A DNA stretch of 64,000 nucleotides from Solirubrobacteraceae bacterium (GTDB lineage Bacteria; Actinomycetota; Thermoleophilia; Solirubrobacterales; Solirubrobacteraceae). Shown here one piece after another: positions 63,781 to 64,000 of the stretch. The notes beneath the pieces were generated by a model. It had not been told where the DNA came from. It saw only the letters and a list, made by a program, of their open reading frames with translations, and did not search any database. The translations under genes were made by a program, and so were the position numbers. Within the stretch, counting starts at the first letter, position 1; each line of letters begins with the position of its first letter. Location of the stretch: assembly GCA_036555665.1 (NCBI GenBank), contig DATBKW010000373.1, positions 1,898 to 65,897 of the forward strand. The letters are read 5' to 3'.

Positions 63781-64000
63781 ACGACCCGCTGCAGGTGCCG
63801 GAACGGCTTGCCGCCGCGCAGCTCGCGCACGACCTGGTCGAGCATGCCCTCGTCCTCGAGCTGGCGGCCGTCGGTGACGGCGGCGATGAGGCCGCGCTTG
63901 CGCTGGATGACGGCCGCCATCGTCTCGTCGACCGTCTCGGCGGCGAGCAGGTACCAGGCGGTGACCGCGTCGCGCTGGCCGATGCGATGGCAGCGGTCCT
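63777..64000 (-). CDS. SNF2-family helicase, C-terminal fragment (rest outside window)
   Basis: My translation of the minus strand reads '...DRCHRIGQRDAVTAWYLLAAETVDETMAAVIQRKRGLI...FRHLQRVV*'. 'DRxHRIGQ' is SF2/SNF2 motif VI. Not in the ORF track because there is no start inside the window. Confidence 0.6.
   Translation of the reverse strand, partial: DRCHRIGQRDAVTAWYLLAAETVDETMAAVIQRKRGLIAAVTDGRQLEDEGMLDQVVRELRGGKPFRHLQRVV

Overview
Very high-GC chromosomal segment with frequent GTG starts and many 4-nt start/stop overlaps. Gene content suggests an actinobacterial, possibly Thermoleophilia-like, organism; this is inference and no search was possible. I support about 65 protein-coding genes. 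Most are housekeeping or metabolic: ileS, trxA, gabD-like ALDH, CBS plus cystathionine gamma-lyase, PolX, Mrp/ApbC, otsB, polyprenol-P-mannose synthase, acyl-CoA dehydrogenase, acyl-CoA ligase and a 7Fe ferredoxin. They are interleaved with many regulators and secreted or membrane proteins. I found no rRNA, tRNA, CRISPR array, transposase or integrase. Start codons were refined from the ORF track using motifs, signal peptides, SD sequences and GTGA/ATGA coupling; many long Arg/Ala-rich ORFs in the track are GC artefacts. The items most worth follow-up are:
(1) A possible non-canonical phosphorelay. It pairs a multi-PAS hybrid kinase with a sensor-less LytS-type 'half kinase' lacking an ATP lid, which is translationally coupled to a LytTR regulator (26.9-31.0 kb).
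(2) A signalling cluster at 8.9-13.0 kb. It has two paralogous CarH/CarA-like MerR regulators lacking the B12-ligand residues, flanking a coupled Zn-ribbon-PAS protein, next to a 7TM HD-GYP enzyme and a highly structured low-GC intergenic region.
(3) A tripartite ORF at 19.1-20.2 kb: Zn ribbon, Flp/TadE-like G/XXXXEY segment, Gly-rich linker, polymorphic-toxin-like C-terminal domain and a (PEV)5 tail.
(4) An orphan AddB-like helicase-nuclease with degenerate motor motifs, translationally coupled to an ABC ATPase and a large membrane protein.
(5) A 159-bp MITE-like element flanked by CTAG that supplies the stop codons of both convergent neighbours (63.6-63.8 kb).
All functional calls rest on motif recognition by eye and need HMM/BLAST confirmation.
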